Assembly (NCBI GenBank): GCA_030264375.1
Contig: JASCQW010000148.1
Coordinates: 20,247,622-20,311,621, forward strand
DNA length: 64,000 nucleotides
Reading direction: 5' to 3'
Source: Carcharhinus longimanus
Lineage: Eukaryota
Under the pieces are notes generated by a model. That model saw only the letters and a program-made list of their open reading frames with translations, was not told where the DNA came from and did not search any database. The position numbers and the translations under genes were made by a program. Below are positions 12,071 through 23,900 of this stretch, piece by piece. Position 1 is the stretch's first letter, and every line of letters begins with the position of its first letter.

Positions 12071-14300
12071 CAATGAGTTAGGGCACTGGTTACATCTCCG
12101 CAGGCATCAAAGCACTCCCGCTCCTCTTTGCTCCATTGAAAGGGATTTAAAAAAAAAAATCACTTGCCTTTTATTGGTGCTGAAGATTCCTGCCTCATTC
12201 ATCATCAACAATAAAAAAAAAGAGTCCCTTAATAGGTTTAAGGACTAACTTAAATATCCATATGTTTTAGGCATCCACCGGGTTTACTCAGAAATAAATG
12301 CATCACAATTTTAGCAGAGACCAATATCTGTGCAGATTAGATGCAAGCTTTTACCACTGCATGTTTGTTCATAAACCATTTTCTTTCTTTCAGCTGATAG
12401 TTATACAATAAGGTTAATTTTATAAATGAGCACTCCTGGCAGGCAGCCTCACCTGTCAGGACCACGTCAGGCATNNNNNNNNNNNNNNNNNNNNNNNNNN
12501 NNNNNNNNNNNNNNNNNNNNNNNNNNNNNNNNNNNNNNNNNNNNNNNNNNNNNNNNNNNNNNNNNNNNNNNNNNACGATATTAGACGTCACATTTACACA
12601 CAGTTGAATATCATGAGTACTCATTATAAAGGAAGCTTGGCAGAATCACTCCAGATCATATGACCATGCGGGAGCTAATTAGACCGGCATGATTCATGAC
12701 CATATAATGAATGATGTGCATCTGGTGACCAGCACATCACTCGTGACCTTGAGGTATGTTTGCCTACCTTCCATAGTGCTGCACTTGCACTGCTCCAACT
12801 TCTTGCCAGGATGCACAGACAAGACCAACAAGTAAGCATGAGGGGTCTCCAGTGCCCAAGATGGCGTGCATGGTCACTCTTCTGTGCCACCAATCCTCAT
12901 GCCCATTGTGTGCAATCACAATCAGGGGAGGCCTCTCTAGACTGTAGATGAGAAAGAAATAATATGTAGGGGCAAGCACTTGATGGTCTTAAGGGAGAGC
13001 AGTCTCTGTAAGTCACAGTGCAAAAGGCTTCAAGGTGGAGGAGGAGTCAGTCAACATGGGCATTGGGCCATCAACATTTCACATTTCACCCTCCATAAAC
13101 TTGAGGTCATTCAAAATTTTACTGCTTCTGTCCCTGCCTCTGCCATCTCTGTAATCTCCAGCTCCTTCCTGACCCAAACCATATACACTCATCTAATTCT
13201 GACTTCTTGAATATCCCTGATTTTTAACTGCTCTACCATGTGTGCTACGCTTTCAGCTGCTCTAGAAGCTGATTTATGGAATTTCGTCCACATTGTTTTC
13301 TTCCTTTAAGGTACTCCTTAAAACTTACCTCTTTGGGCAAGCCTTTGGTCATTGGGCTTGATATTTTGTTATCTGGCTGAAAATCTTGAAAAAGCAATAA
13401 AACTTAATAATATTTCATGACAATTACATCAACAATCATCCCATCATCAACTATGAAGTTTTCCTACCTAACCTGGAAGCTTGTTATACTGGAGGCAACA
13501 TGGCATATTGAAAAACTGCATCAGTGATTTCATTGGTGAGGATTTTGCCCAAAGTCAGTGTCAAATGCAGAAACACTCACCTGGCAGTGATGTTTCTCAA
13601 ATGAGTCAATTTGTGGCCAGAGGGCAGGCTTACCATCCAATTACCAGGCTGGCTCTCAAACCTGGAGGGCTGATCTGATGCCCTCCAACTAGGAAGGAGA
13701 TGAAGCTTGCAGTTCTGGCAAGGCACGAGAGTACTTCCATTTTAAACTGTCCTCTTTGTACATTTTAAAACTTAGTAATCAAAAAAGTGACCTTAGCTGC
13801 TGGGCTGTTATTGTGTATTCTGCAGCTAGGGCAAACAGACAGGAGCGCCTCAGCCTGCCATTTATCCACGCCAAACCCTGGCCGTTTCCACTGCCTTAAC
13901 CCTGATTCCTTAATGAGCTTGCTGGCCAACTGAAAAATTCTGACCATTCTCTAATGCCCTAATCTCATTACCTGCTGCTTTCTGGCAGGTGGACTTTTGG
14001 CCACTATTCCTGCCTCCAGGAAAATGGCAGCAATGGTACTAGCAAATTGGCACTAGTGACACAAATTTTCACACCAACTATCTCTGAACTTGTCCACATC
14101 TAGGGGCAAACGTCTTGCCCACAGTGTCCTGCAAGCAAGGATTGTTGGTTGAGATTCTGTTCTTAAGAGACAATTCTGTTCTTGATGTGCCATTGCTATC
14201 TTGCATGACACAAGTATTTTTGGTATACTTTTGATATAAAATTTTCAAAATCCAAAGTTTAGATCAAAATGAATGCTGTAAAATCTCTTTATTTTGAAAG

Positions 14301-14382
14301 ATACCTGCAGAAAATAGCGATCATCATCCAGAAAACATGGCGAGGATATTGTTGCAGGATGCATTTCAGAACCATGGTGCAG
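14301..14382 (+). CDS. spata17: IQ calmodulin-binding motif exon, SPATA17-like (internal exon)
   Basis: Acceptor ctctttattttgaaAG, donor CAG|GTAAAA, 82 bp, phase 2 to 0. Encodes (R)YLQKIAIIIQKTWRGYCCRMHFRTMVQ (IQxxxRGxxxR). Aligns without gaps to the recalled SPATA17 segment HLNRIVTIIQKWWRSFLGRKQYQLTVQ, including the terminal VQ. Confidence 0.68.
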
Positions 14383-17299
14383 GTAAAATCTTTCATTCTG
14401 TTGGGCAATTCTAATTCAGGTAGTTCTTTACCAAGATGCATTAAAATGATATTTTATGCTTATTAAGAATCATTAACCTCTTAATTTTTATTATGTGAAT
14501 GGACTTTCAATTTGAATCTGTCAGAAACCTTTGAAAATGTTCCGTAGAAACATATGGGCCAAGCTAACATTGTTCCAGACCATAGACGAGAGATTGGCCT
14601 TTATAATGCCCAGTTTTCTGGCACACCAGTATCACAGGGGACCCAGGTGTCTACAACATGCACTTGCACTTGTGATGCGAAGCATAGTGGATGCTTTCTT
14701 AGTTAAAAACATCATCACGTGTGCAAGTTAATGTCCAATTGAAGTATGCAGAGCAAGCAGTTAGTGACATCAATCAGCATGCAAGGCTCATTTGACAGCA
14801 ACACTGCCATTTTGGCACTCCACACTGCAATCAGTGGCATTCTCCTAAGTTTGCATAGTTGATCTCACATTTAGTACTAAAAAGGAACCTCAGCTATCAA
14901 CCTCCAGTGGCAGTACTTAAAAGGATTAGCAACAACTTGCAGTTATGTTGTTTGATGATTTCTAAAATACAATTACTTAGAATATTCTGCACAGCAATAG
15001 GTAATTTGGCCCATTCAGCATTTATCTCTATGCCGACATTTATGATTCACTTGAATTTCCTCTCGTTCTTCTCCTTTCATCTCCATCGACAAAAGCCTCT
15101 ATTCCCTTTTCCCTCTTATTCTACTCTAGGTTCCCCTTAAGTACATTCAAAATACTCATCTCGATTACACCCTGTGGTAGTGAGTTCCATGTTCTTGTCA
15201 TTTTGGGTAAAGAAGTTTCTTTCGAATTCCCTATTTGATTTCTTGGTAAGCAGCTTATTTTGATGGTGTTGAGTTTTGCCCTTCCCCAAATTGAAAGCAT
15301 TCTCTCTGTCTCCTCTCTCAAGACTTTTAATTTTTTTAAGAATTTGTTTAGGTCATTCCTCAGCCATTTCTTTTCACGAGAAAATCTTTCCTAATAGGTA
15401 CAATCTCACAATTCTCGTATTATCCTTCAATTGTTTTTGCACCCCCTCTAGTGCCTCTATCTTTTTGAAGACCTTTGCAAAATCTAGGAATGTTACATGT
15501 GCTGCACCACCTTTATTTAATCTGTGTTGTTTTCTAGGTGCTATTACATTTTTGCATATCTTTTTCTATATTTGTTTACGTTTTCAAAACTCCGTAGGGA
15601 GTGGTGCGATGGGTGCTGACCTTTTCTGACTTCAAGGATTCTGTATAAGCCAGTTGCTGTCAGACATGGTGCACCATTGGGCCTTCCAACTTGACAGAAG
15701 GTCAGATAGAGGTATGCTAGATAGGGAAGACAAAGAATAGCTGTTTTCATTAGCTAATGGAACAAGGACTGGAGAACACAGATTTAAGTCTTTGGATAAG
15801 AGATGCAAGGGGGCTGTGGACATTGATGCCTATGAGGGTGGTGGAAATGGAGGCAATGAATTATTTTAAAAGAAAATTGAATAGACACTTGTAGGAAAGT
15901 AACTTGCAAAGCTGTAGGGATAGAACAGGAGAATGAAACTGACTGGAATGTTTCTATAAAGAGTCTACATGGACTGAATGGGCCAACTGGTCTTCTCTGT
16001 CATTATGACACTGAAAAGACATACAATGCACAGGGGGATTAATTTATGTTTATATGCTTCGGCACAAGCTTGTTGCTCTCAGATATAAGTGCAATAATAG
16101 GCCTTCCTCTTGGAATTAAACATGACTGAGAGAATGACCGGATGCCTTGCAGAACACGACAGGCTGCTGCTAGAAAAGGGTGGGGGGGAACAGGGCTTTT
16201 AGCAAGAAACCATGTCCATCCATGTTGAGCTAGCAAACCTGCAACCCAAACCTCACTGAGAACAGATGCTTTGATTTTTGAGCTTTATTAATGGTTTCAT
16301 CACTGAAATCTGCTAATGGTGCAGCCACAGCTCCAACCTTCAACGTTGGCAGTATCAGGAACCATGGGGGGGGATGAGTAGAGGGGCTTAGGCTGGCATG
16401 CTGTATATGCAAGGCCATACAGGTGGGGGGTGGAGGGCAGGGTGGTGGGATTGCACGAGTTGTCATGGATGGAGCATGAGAAGTATTTGAGCGTTGAGGG
16501 CTGGTGGGGTGTTTTTGATTTTATTCCTTTTATAACTGGGTTGATGTCCCAGAGTACTAAGACAAGTCTTTTAAACAGCCTGCACTGAATCTCACAGAAT
16601 TGTCAGTGTGTTAGCAACTGACAGCCCCTGTGGCTATCTTTGCACTCTTTCTGGGAGCAGAAGGCATGACTTCAGTTATCACCTACCACCCTCACCCTGG
16701 AAAGAAAATCCGATTGTCTGCTGCACTTTTTCCCAAGTCAGGTTTGTGGAATTGGAATTTTCCTGATTTGGTGCTCCCAACTCAGGAGTGAAGATTCGGC
16801 CCTGGGTGTTGGTTAACAAGGAGGTAGAAATATGTAATGTTGCCTCATGTAAACGAATCCAGTATTAAGAGAAAAGATTGGCATCTGTTTTCCTACCTCA
16901 CCATCTGGCTCCTGAATTACTTAACAGGTGCATCACATATGTGCCCAATGTCTCATTATGTGCAGACCCTGCCCCTGTGCTATCTTCTAAGATAGGCACA
17001 GTGCCTGTTTCTTAGCTGGTGGCTGCAACTATAAAATATGAAGTAAATGTCTTCATTATCATGATCTTGCGCATTACCTGGCCAGGTTGTACTTTCTTGG
17101 ATTAATAAAACTTAATAAAATCTTAAGGGTAAGGCTGTGGTGGTGCTGGGGTGGGGGGGGGGGGTGTTAAGGTAAGAGAAATATGCTTAAAATATCTGCA
17201 GTCTATAGGTCAGGATGAGGGAGAGTGGGATGTCAGAAGGGGGATTCAGTGTGAGGATACCATATTTTTCACTGGATTCACCCCCACTGCTGGCCAAGA

Positions 17300-17790
17300 C
17301 TTCAGCAATTGCTTCTCCCAATAATATTTCCATTGTTTCCTCCACATGGATTAGAGGATAGAGGTGTGCCTCTCCATCTTTAATTGGTTCTTGCTGCCTC
17401 TGCTGTGTGTGACCTTCTCCTGCAAGTGGAAAGGAAGTTGAGTGTCATGTAATATGCTGTGATATTGTGGCTCTCATAGTTTAGTAATGAAGTGTGTGCA
17501 AGTTGTAAGATATGAGGCTTGCAACAGTGTTACATATGTGAAGTGAGGTGAAGCATACGAATAGTAGCTGCGAGTTTTGATATTTAGAGAATGTTGCAAT
17601 GTGTGTGACGTATTTTGTGATTTAGACTGAGTTTAGTGGTGCAGATATGGTAGTTGAAGAGGCATTTCGCTGACTTTGCCCACTCATAGTACAAAACCGC
17701 ATTTTCTTCTGAGCAGTCGCATTCCTGGCATTGACTTGCACAGCTATTTGCTCTCACTCCCTTCTCACCATGTGACTGTAGTGTTTCATG
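17300..17790 (-). mobile_element. Degenerate Harbinger Myb/SANT-like second ORF remnant
   Basis: Minus strand reads EQIAVQVNARN... and, after an intron-like gap with acceptor ttccacttgcAG, EKVTH..QQEPIKDGEAHLYPL..EETMEILLG. Confidence 0.45.
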
Positions 17791-17999
17791 ATCCCAATGG
17801 ACAAATGACATCCTTTGTTTACACTTACCAGACCAAGTCATAGTTTATAAGCTGTGGCCTGACCAGACCAGTGGCCTCAGATTTATTTTATATTAATACA
17901 CCATAATGTTTGTACTATCTCTCACAGATCTTTTTCAATCTGTCTCTACAAATCAATTCATATTAATACAAATCAATTCAACACCATTCATTACCAAGG

Positions 18000-19260
18000 A
18001 AATAGGAGCTTGGAATTTGTCACTAGGGTTGTGACCACCTGTTCAATTGCTTCCATTCCTTCCCATCTTTCCATTGCTCACCACCCCATAAACTCCCATC
18101 TGGCCTCGCAAAGAACCCACACTCTCTTCAGCAACTACTCCATACACTCTAAACTCATGTTGTCTATGAGGCCCAACTCCAAGTTAGTTCTCTCCTCTTC
18201 CCTATCGACATGTTGTTCCTCTGCATATCATCTGCAGATTCTGAATCACCGTCTACGTGTATGCTGATGATAGTTAACTCTATCTCTCCTCTAACTCTCT
18301 CAACTTCTCCACCATCTCTGCATTGTTAGATCATTTGCCTGATTGCCAGTTTTGGTACTGCAATTTCTTTCAATTAAATATTGGGAAGACTGAAACCATG
18401 GTTTTCAGCCAACCACAGACTTGATATTCTTCCTGATTCCATACCCAAGTCAGGCTAAACCTGATAGAACACACACAACCATCCACCATCTTGAACTTTC
18501 ACTCCTTCCATCACCCGTGCACAATGATACACCAACGTATACCATCTGCAAGACGCACTGTAGCAATTTTCCAAGCCTTCTTTGACAACATCTTCCAAAG
18601 CTGCAACTTTTATTTCCTCTGCATCAGAAAGATCACACACTCCACCGCTGCAGCACTGCCCACATCCATACCTGGAATACTGTCTACCATGGCCCTTACC
18701 TCAGCTCTTGTGCTGCTGAAACCTCATCCTTTCACATGTCATCTTCAAACTCAACTATCAACCATTCTGACCTGCCTCCATCATAAGCATAAACACATCC
18801 AAAACTCTGCTGTTTGTGTCCTATGCTGCATTATTCCTTCACCCTGTTCTGACCTACATAGGTCTTGTCCCTCCAACGTCTTAAATTTAAAATTCTCCTG
18901 TTTAATGTTAAGATGTATTAATAATGTTGATACCATGTTTAAGACATTTCATCTCCTTTCCCTTCCTCATCCCTAATCTCTTATAGCTTAACACACACTC
19001 CAACGAATCCTTTGACTGTGACCTTGTACCCCACATTCCTTCAGTCATTATTAATAGCTATCCACAAAGTCCAAAGCATGGCATTTCTTCCTCATACTCT
19101 TCTGCCTTCCCACCCTCATGACCCTTGTTAAAATCGAGTAATTTCAGGAAGCTTTTCACCATCCCTTCTTGTATCTCATGCTTTAACTCAAAGTCCATTC
19201 TGACTACGGCGCTGTGCAAAACTTTCAGACACTTACTTATGGTGAAATGGTTATATAATT
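18000..19260 (+). mobile_element. Old L2 LINE 3' fragment
   Basis: tatgctgatgatagttaactcta (YADD.*LY), ttaaatattgggaagactgaa (LNIGKTE), atccaaaactctgctg (IQNSA), L2-like tail. Confidence 0.7.
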
Positions 19261-20024
19261 GCAAATCATTGTTGATCCTCTTAAAAGCATGATCCTACTT
19301 TAATTTGCAATGTTCTTGCACCTACATGAAACAAATTTCAACTATTACAATGCTGCCCACTTGGAAATTTGTTCCATATTCTTGCAACTCATTGGATATT
19401 TTATTAGACTTGTTTGTCCCAGCCTGAGACTGATCATTATTTACAAATCTGATCAATTTGCATTGTATTGTCAAATCCAGGTCACTGGGAATAGTAAGAA
19501 CCCCATAACTCATCTCCAGGTCACTTTGCTCAAGGTGTCTTCCAAACTAGCATTGCTCTGCTACCAAGGACCTATCGAAATTTGGACATTGGTAACAATG
19601 AGACTTTCTCAAATGGCAAACACTACAAGTGGGTTATAGCCTTGAACATACTGCTACCCATCTGCTATTTTCTGCCCAACCAGGGAAACCCAATGAATTG
19701 ATACATCCCCTATCATTTTGGGTACTTCCACAAAAATATTGCCACGAGCAGTACAATATGTACTTCTCTTTGATTCAAACAGAACAAAATATTCAAAACC
19801 TATACTGTATGCTCAAACTAAAAAATGTCATAATTAGCATGTCACTAAAAAACCTAAAGCCCTGGAGCCTCCTTCACCCCACATGCAATAACAGCCTGTA
19901 GTAAAATCCAATACTTACCTTGGTTTTGAGTCACAGTTCGGGAATTACAATTCACGGTGAGATTGGGTCTTCTGCGCATATGCCAGCAGGGAAATAGACG
20001 CACAAGTGCAATTAGTGGATTTTA

Positions 20025-20966
20025 TGTTCTTTAGGCGCGGAACCAAGGAAAAGTATAAGCGAAATGGCTCAAAACTGCAATTCCGATAACCTGAAACGAA
20101 GCACCATTCCTGAGGAAGTGTCTCAGAGAGCAGGACAAGGGAAGGACAGACAGAGACAGAGAGTCCCAAACCAGATATTGGGGCAGACAGAGGTGCCAGA
20201 AGAAAGTGATCAGTGATAGATCCCATTGCGTCAACATAAACAACAGAAGCACAGATAAAGGCTCCAAGTTAAAGGAAGAGCTGCAGGGAGCAGATTTGAA
20301 GCAAATTAGGCTCGAGAGAAGCCCAGAAGATCTGAGCCAGTCGTCTAAGATTGTCACTCCATGGAGTAATGCTGTTTTGCTTGACACAGCCAAAAACCTC
20401 AAAGTGTGCTTGGAAGGTGAAGCTTGAGTGTACTCAGAAATCCAGAAGGAAGGAAACTCAGAAGGAACGATTGAAACACTGGAGGTGGGTCCTTGTTGAA
20501 GCTGTCTGAGTGGGAGTGATACTTGAAGAGAATTCCAAGGCGGGTTCTTCAAATGTGGAGAATGGAAACCCTCATGAGAAAAACAAGAGACCTGTTGGCT
20601 CATAATGTGACAAATGAGTGGGGGATGTTGAAAAATCCACAGAAACTGTTTTGGTCTTATTTGTCATTTACTTTGGAGTTATTTTATATGTGTCTGTAGA
20701 GATATTGCTGGGGCAAAAGGAATAGTGAATATTGGAATCATCTTGAGATACTTTCCAACCTTTTTGTCTAGTGCAATATAATTCATTTTTCTTATTTAAT
20801 AAGTGTTTTATTCTGTTAAAAGTTCATCAGCAGACTCCTGTGAACTTTTTTTTCAGTTACTTGCCTCCGTGGTTTCTTAAAAAAAAAACAAAGTTAGGAT
20901 CTATCAAGCCAGGTTTCACTCTGGGACCTGACTTGTCCACTATTAATATCAGCTGATATTGTTACA
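20025..20966 (+). mobile_element. Possible solo LTR
   Basis: TG...gttaCA ends, purine-rich interior, polyA-signal-like aataag and T-rich 3' part. No internal genes. Confidence 0.3.
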
Positions 20967-23900
20967 ATGGCCTGAAGAATTCCAACATGGAATGTTATAT
21001 TTTCATGTGGCACATGTTCTGTTACTTCACTTCAGTTACAAATAAATTTTATAAATTGTCACAGTACTACCCAGTGTGCAGCAAATTTCTTAAAATGAGG
21101 ACACAAAGAACCCTAAGCATGGGAAAGGGTTATCTGGCCCAGCAAGACTGCTTCATTTTATTTGCAAACAATCACATCTTCCTGCAGGTATGAAAGATGT
21201 TTCCTGCACCAATAATCTTATCAAGGTCTTTGTTCAAAATAACCAAGCATTAGTCACCCTCAGGCTTAACTTTCCAGCATCTTGAGGGGTTGCCTAATGT
21301 CTTCAAACCATGTGGTGTATAAATACCAAAACCCACTGTCCACATACCATCCAATATATGGTATTTATCAGGTAACGTCCTAGTTCTCACTGCTTTTCAT
21401 TTGTTTCCTATCACCAACATAATTGGCAGAATTTTGCCATTTTTTGGTAAAGTGTGAGGGAAAAGCAGTGTGTAGCTCACCGGCTTTTGCCAACATTTTT
21501 CAAACACTTTGCCAAAAAAAAAGGTGGCACATCCCAGGACATCACACTGATGGATGGGGATCTGATGAGCCCACTCCACCAGCGAATACAGCTCCCAAAG
21601 GGCAGCCCAAAGTAAAAAAAAAATTAAAATGGAAGAAAACAAGGATCCCATTGAAATGGGATCCTCCTCCCAACCACTCCCCCCTTGCCACTGCCAGTGG
21701 TGCAGTTCCAGGGAAAGTGTCAGGCTACTTCCCAGGCATGACCCTCTTACCCTGGGAGCTGCAATTATCTATGGGAAGCTTCAGTAAGTATATGATAATG
21801 TATTATAATGGTGCTCCTGTAATTGCATGGCAGGATCCCTATATTCTAGCTAGTCCTCCCTGATACTAAGGGGCAATTTAACATGGTCAATCCACCTAAT
21901 AAACACATCTTTGGACTATTGTTATGTTACTGGTGTGGGCAGGGATAATTGAGTAGGGAAATCCTACTGGTGTGGGAAAGCCATTTTGGGACTGTGCCCC
22001 TGCTGCTAATCCTGCCCACCAAATACTGGGGGGCTTACAACTTCTGCTCTTCTGAAGGCTAGACTGCATGTGTTTCACCCCATTAAACTTTACGCTATCG
22101 TTGACGGAAATGCTTTGGCCATTATGGCAGAGCAACATTCTGTTATTTCCTTCTTAAACCTTCTGCCTTGCTCAGACTCCCAGATCTTCTAAAAGCTTCA
22201 GTACCTAATTTTCAATCACATCTTTGGTCACCTCACCCATCTTCTCTCAATATCATCTTGGTAATCAATCTATCCCCTTTGTGAAGTGTTTTAGGTTGTT
22301 TCATAAGTCCTTATTGCTGTTCCCTTAATATTGTTTGATTTAACAAATATTATGGTAAAAGTACTACATTAGCAAAAACAATTAAGAGTCATGCACTTTC
22401 CATAACTACAGTACAGTAAAATATTGCAAACATTATGCATTTTCAATAACTTTATTTGACGTTATCCAACAGGTTGCAAATATCAGTTCCTAAATAAGTT
22501 TGTTAATTAGTTCAAATGAACTTACACCTACCCACACAGCTTTCTAAGCTTAGAGTGAATTGTGCACTGTAATTTTATATTTCAACGGGAAATCCTTTTT
22601 GGCATTCACAATTCATCATGAAAAAACTGAAACTAGTCATGAATCTAAGCTGAAAATAGACAATTAACCATTTAAGGGAATGAAATCAGTAAGTCCTTCC
22701 TACACAGGCTTCCTTTACATTTCACGATGAAAAATTCTTCCATTCATTCCCTCTCCACTCGACTTGGTTAATTATTTCTTTTGTATTATCTGTGTTTAAA
22801 AAAAAAACCTTATCTGCCATTCTGTCAGTTTGTAACCAGGACTTCTTATCATTTTCTATGAGGTCACCTGACCAAAACAGCCAATCAAATATTTAGAACA
22901 GTCCCTTATTCCTCTGATTAGCCCCCATCATGATCTGGCCTGTGCAGTTTACTGCAGCACTACACACATCCTGATCAGAGTTCAGTAACAAACATACCAT
23001 CTTAGTTTTCCAACTCATTTGATTTCTTTTTAATTGAAAGATTTTTTAAAAACTAGGCCAGAACTAAAACTGTTTGGAGTAAGTTCTCTGAAAGGAGTAA
23101 TGTCTGGTAGTGCTTCTTTGGTTGCTCCCTGCAGTTCCATCAAGCAAACTGCTCCAGATTCATGTAAGTATTTTCAAACATTTATTAAGGTTTGATGTGA
23201 TACATAGGAGACTTGAAACGCTACAGTACTGGTTAAATAAACAAATTTGTGATTCTGTACGATGAGATTATAAAATCTTGTTTTGGTAGCAGATTATCTT
23301 TGAATTACAGAACATTTTATACTCAAGTATGTCAAAGTTTATTAAAAGTAGAACTGAATTTGGGAATAGTAGGGTGTCTAGGATGGTGACAAACACAGGG
23401 ATTATTCATTTTTAAGCCATTATCATGATGGTAAACATATTTATAAAGATATGCCAGAAACATTGCCAGTCCAAGTTTCAACAAAAATAAACAAAATTCA
23501 ACCTGAATGATTTATTTCAATCTTACCTGGCAAGATAAGTAATGGCAAAATGTAAGATACTTCGATTCTGAAAGTGAACTTTGGAAATAAATGGATCATT
23601 AGTAGAAAGATTGAAAGAACCAGCCATGTTTTTGAAAGCAGACATAATGTTGTCAAAATGTTAGATGTGAAAACTGTGTCACATAGTACATAACAGACTC
23701 ACATTCATACTGTACAAATCATCTCATTTACAAAGAAATGTAGTTTTCACTATTGTACAGTTTAGTTTAAGTAACACTATGGAACTTGGAAAAATTAAAT
23801 TTGCTTTGCATGTTTAAAATTGCTCCAAAAGTTTCTTTAATATTGTCCTTATAAAAATATATATAGTTATGTAGACATAGCCAATGATGTTTTAACAGGG

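Noticed and set aside
12744-12752. Perfect NR5A/ERR site TGACCTTGA
   Set aside because: Isolated, next to a gap and within repeat-like sequence; plausible by chance in 64 kb.
14269-14466. IQ ORF as a class I myosin neck (IQK..RG..CR.HF..M resembles MYO1A/B)
   Set aside because: The 82-bp phase 2 to 0 exon ending in VQ fits SPATA17 better, and no myosin motor or TH1 exons were seen. Not fully excluded without a search.
20031-20603. 190-aa minus-strand ORF
   Set aside because: Ser/Leu-rich antisense reading of a purine-rich LTR-like block, with no recognisable domain.
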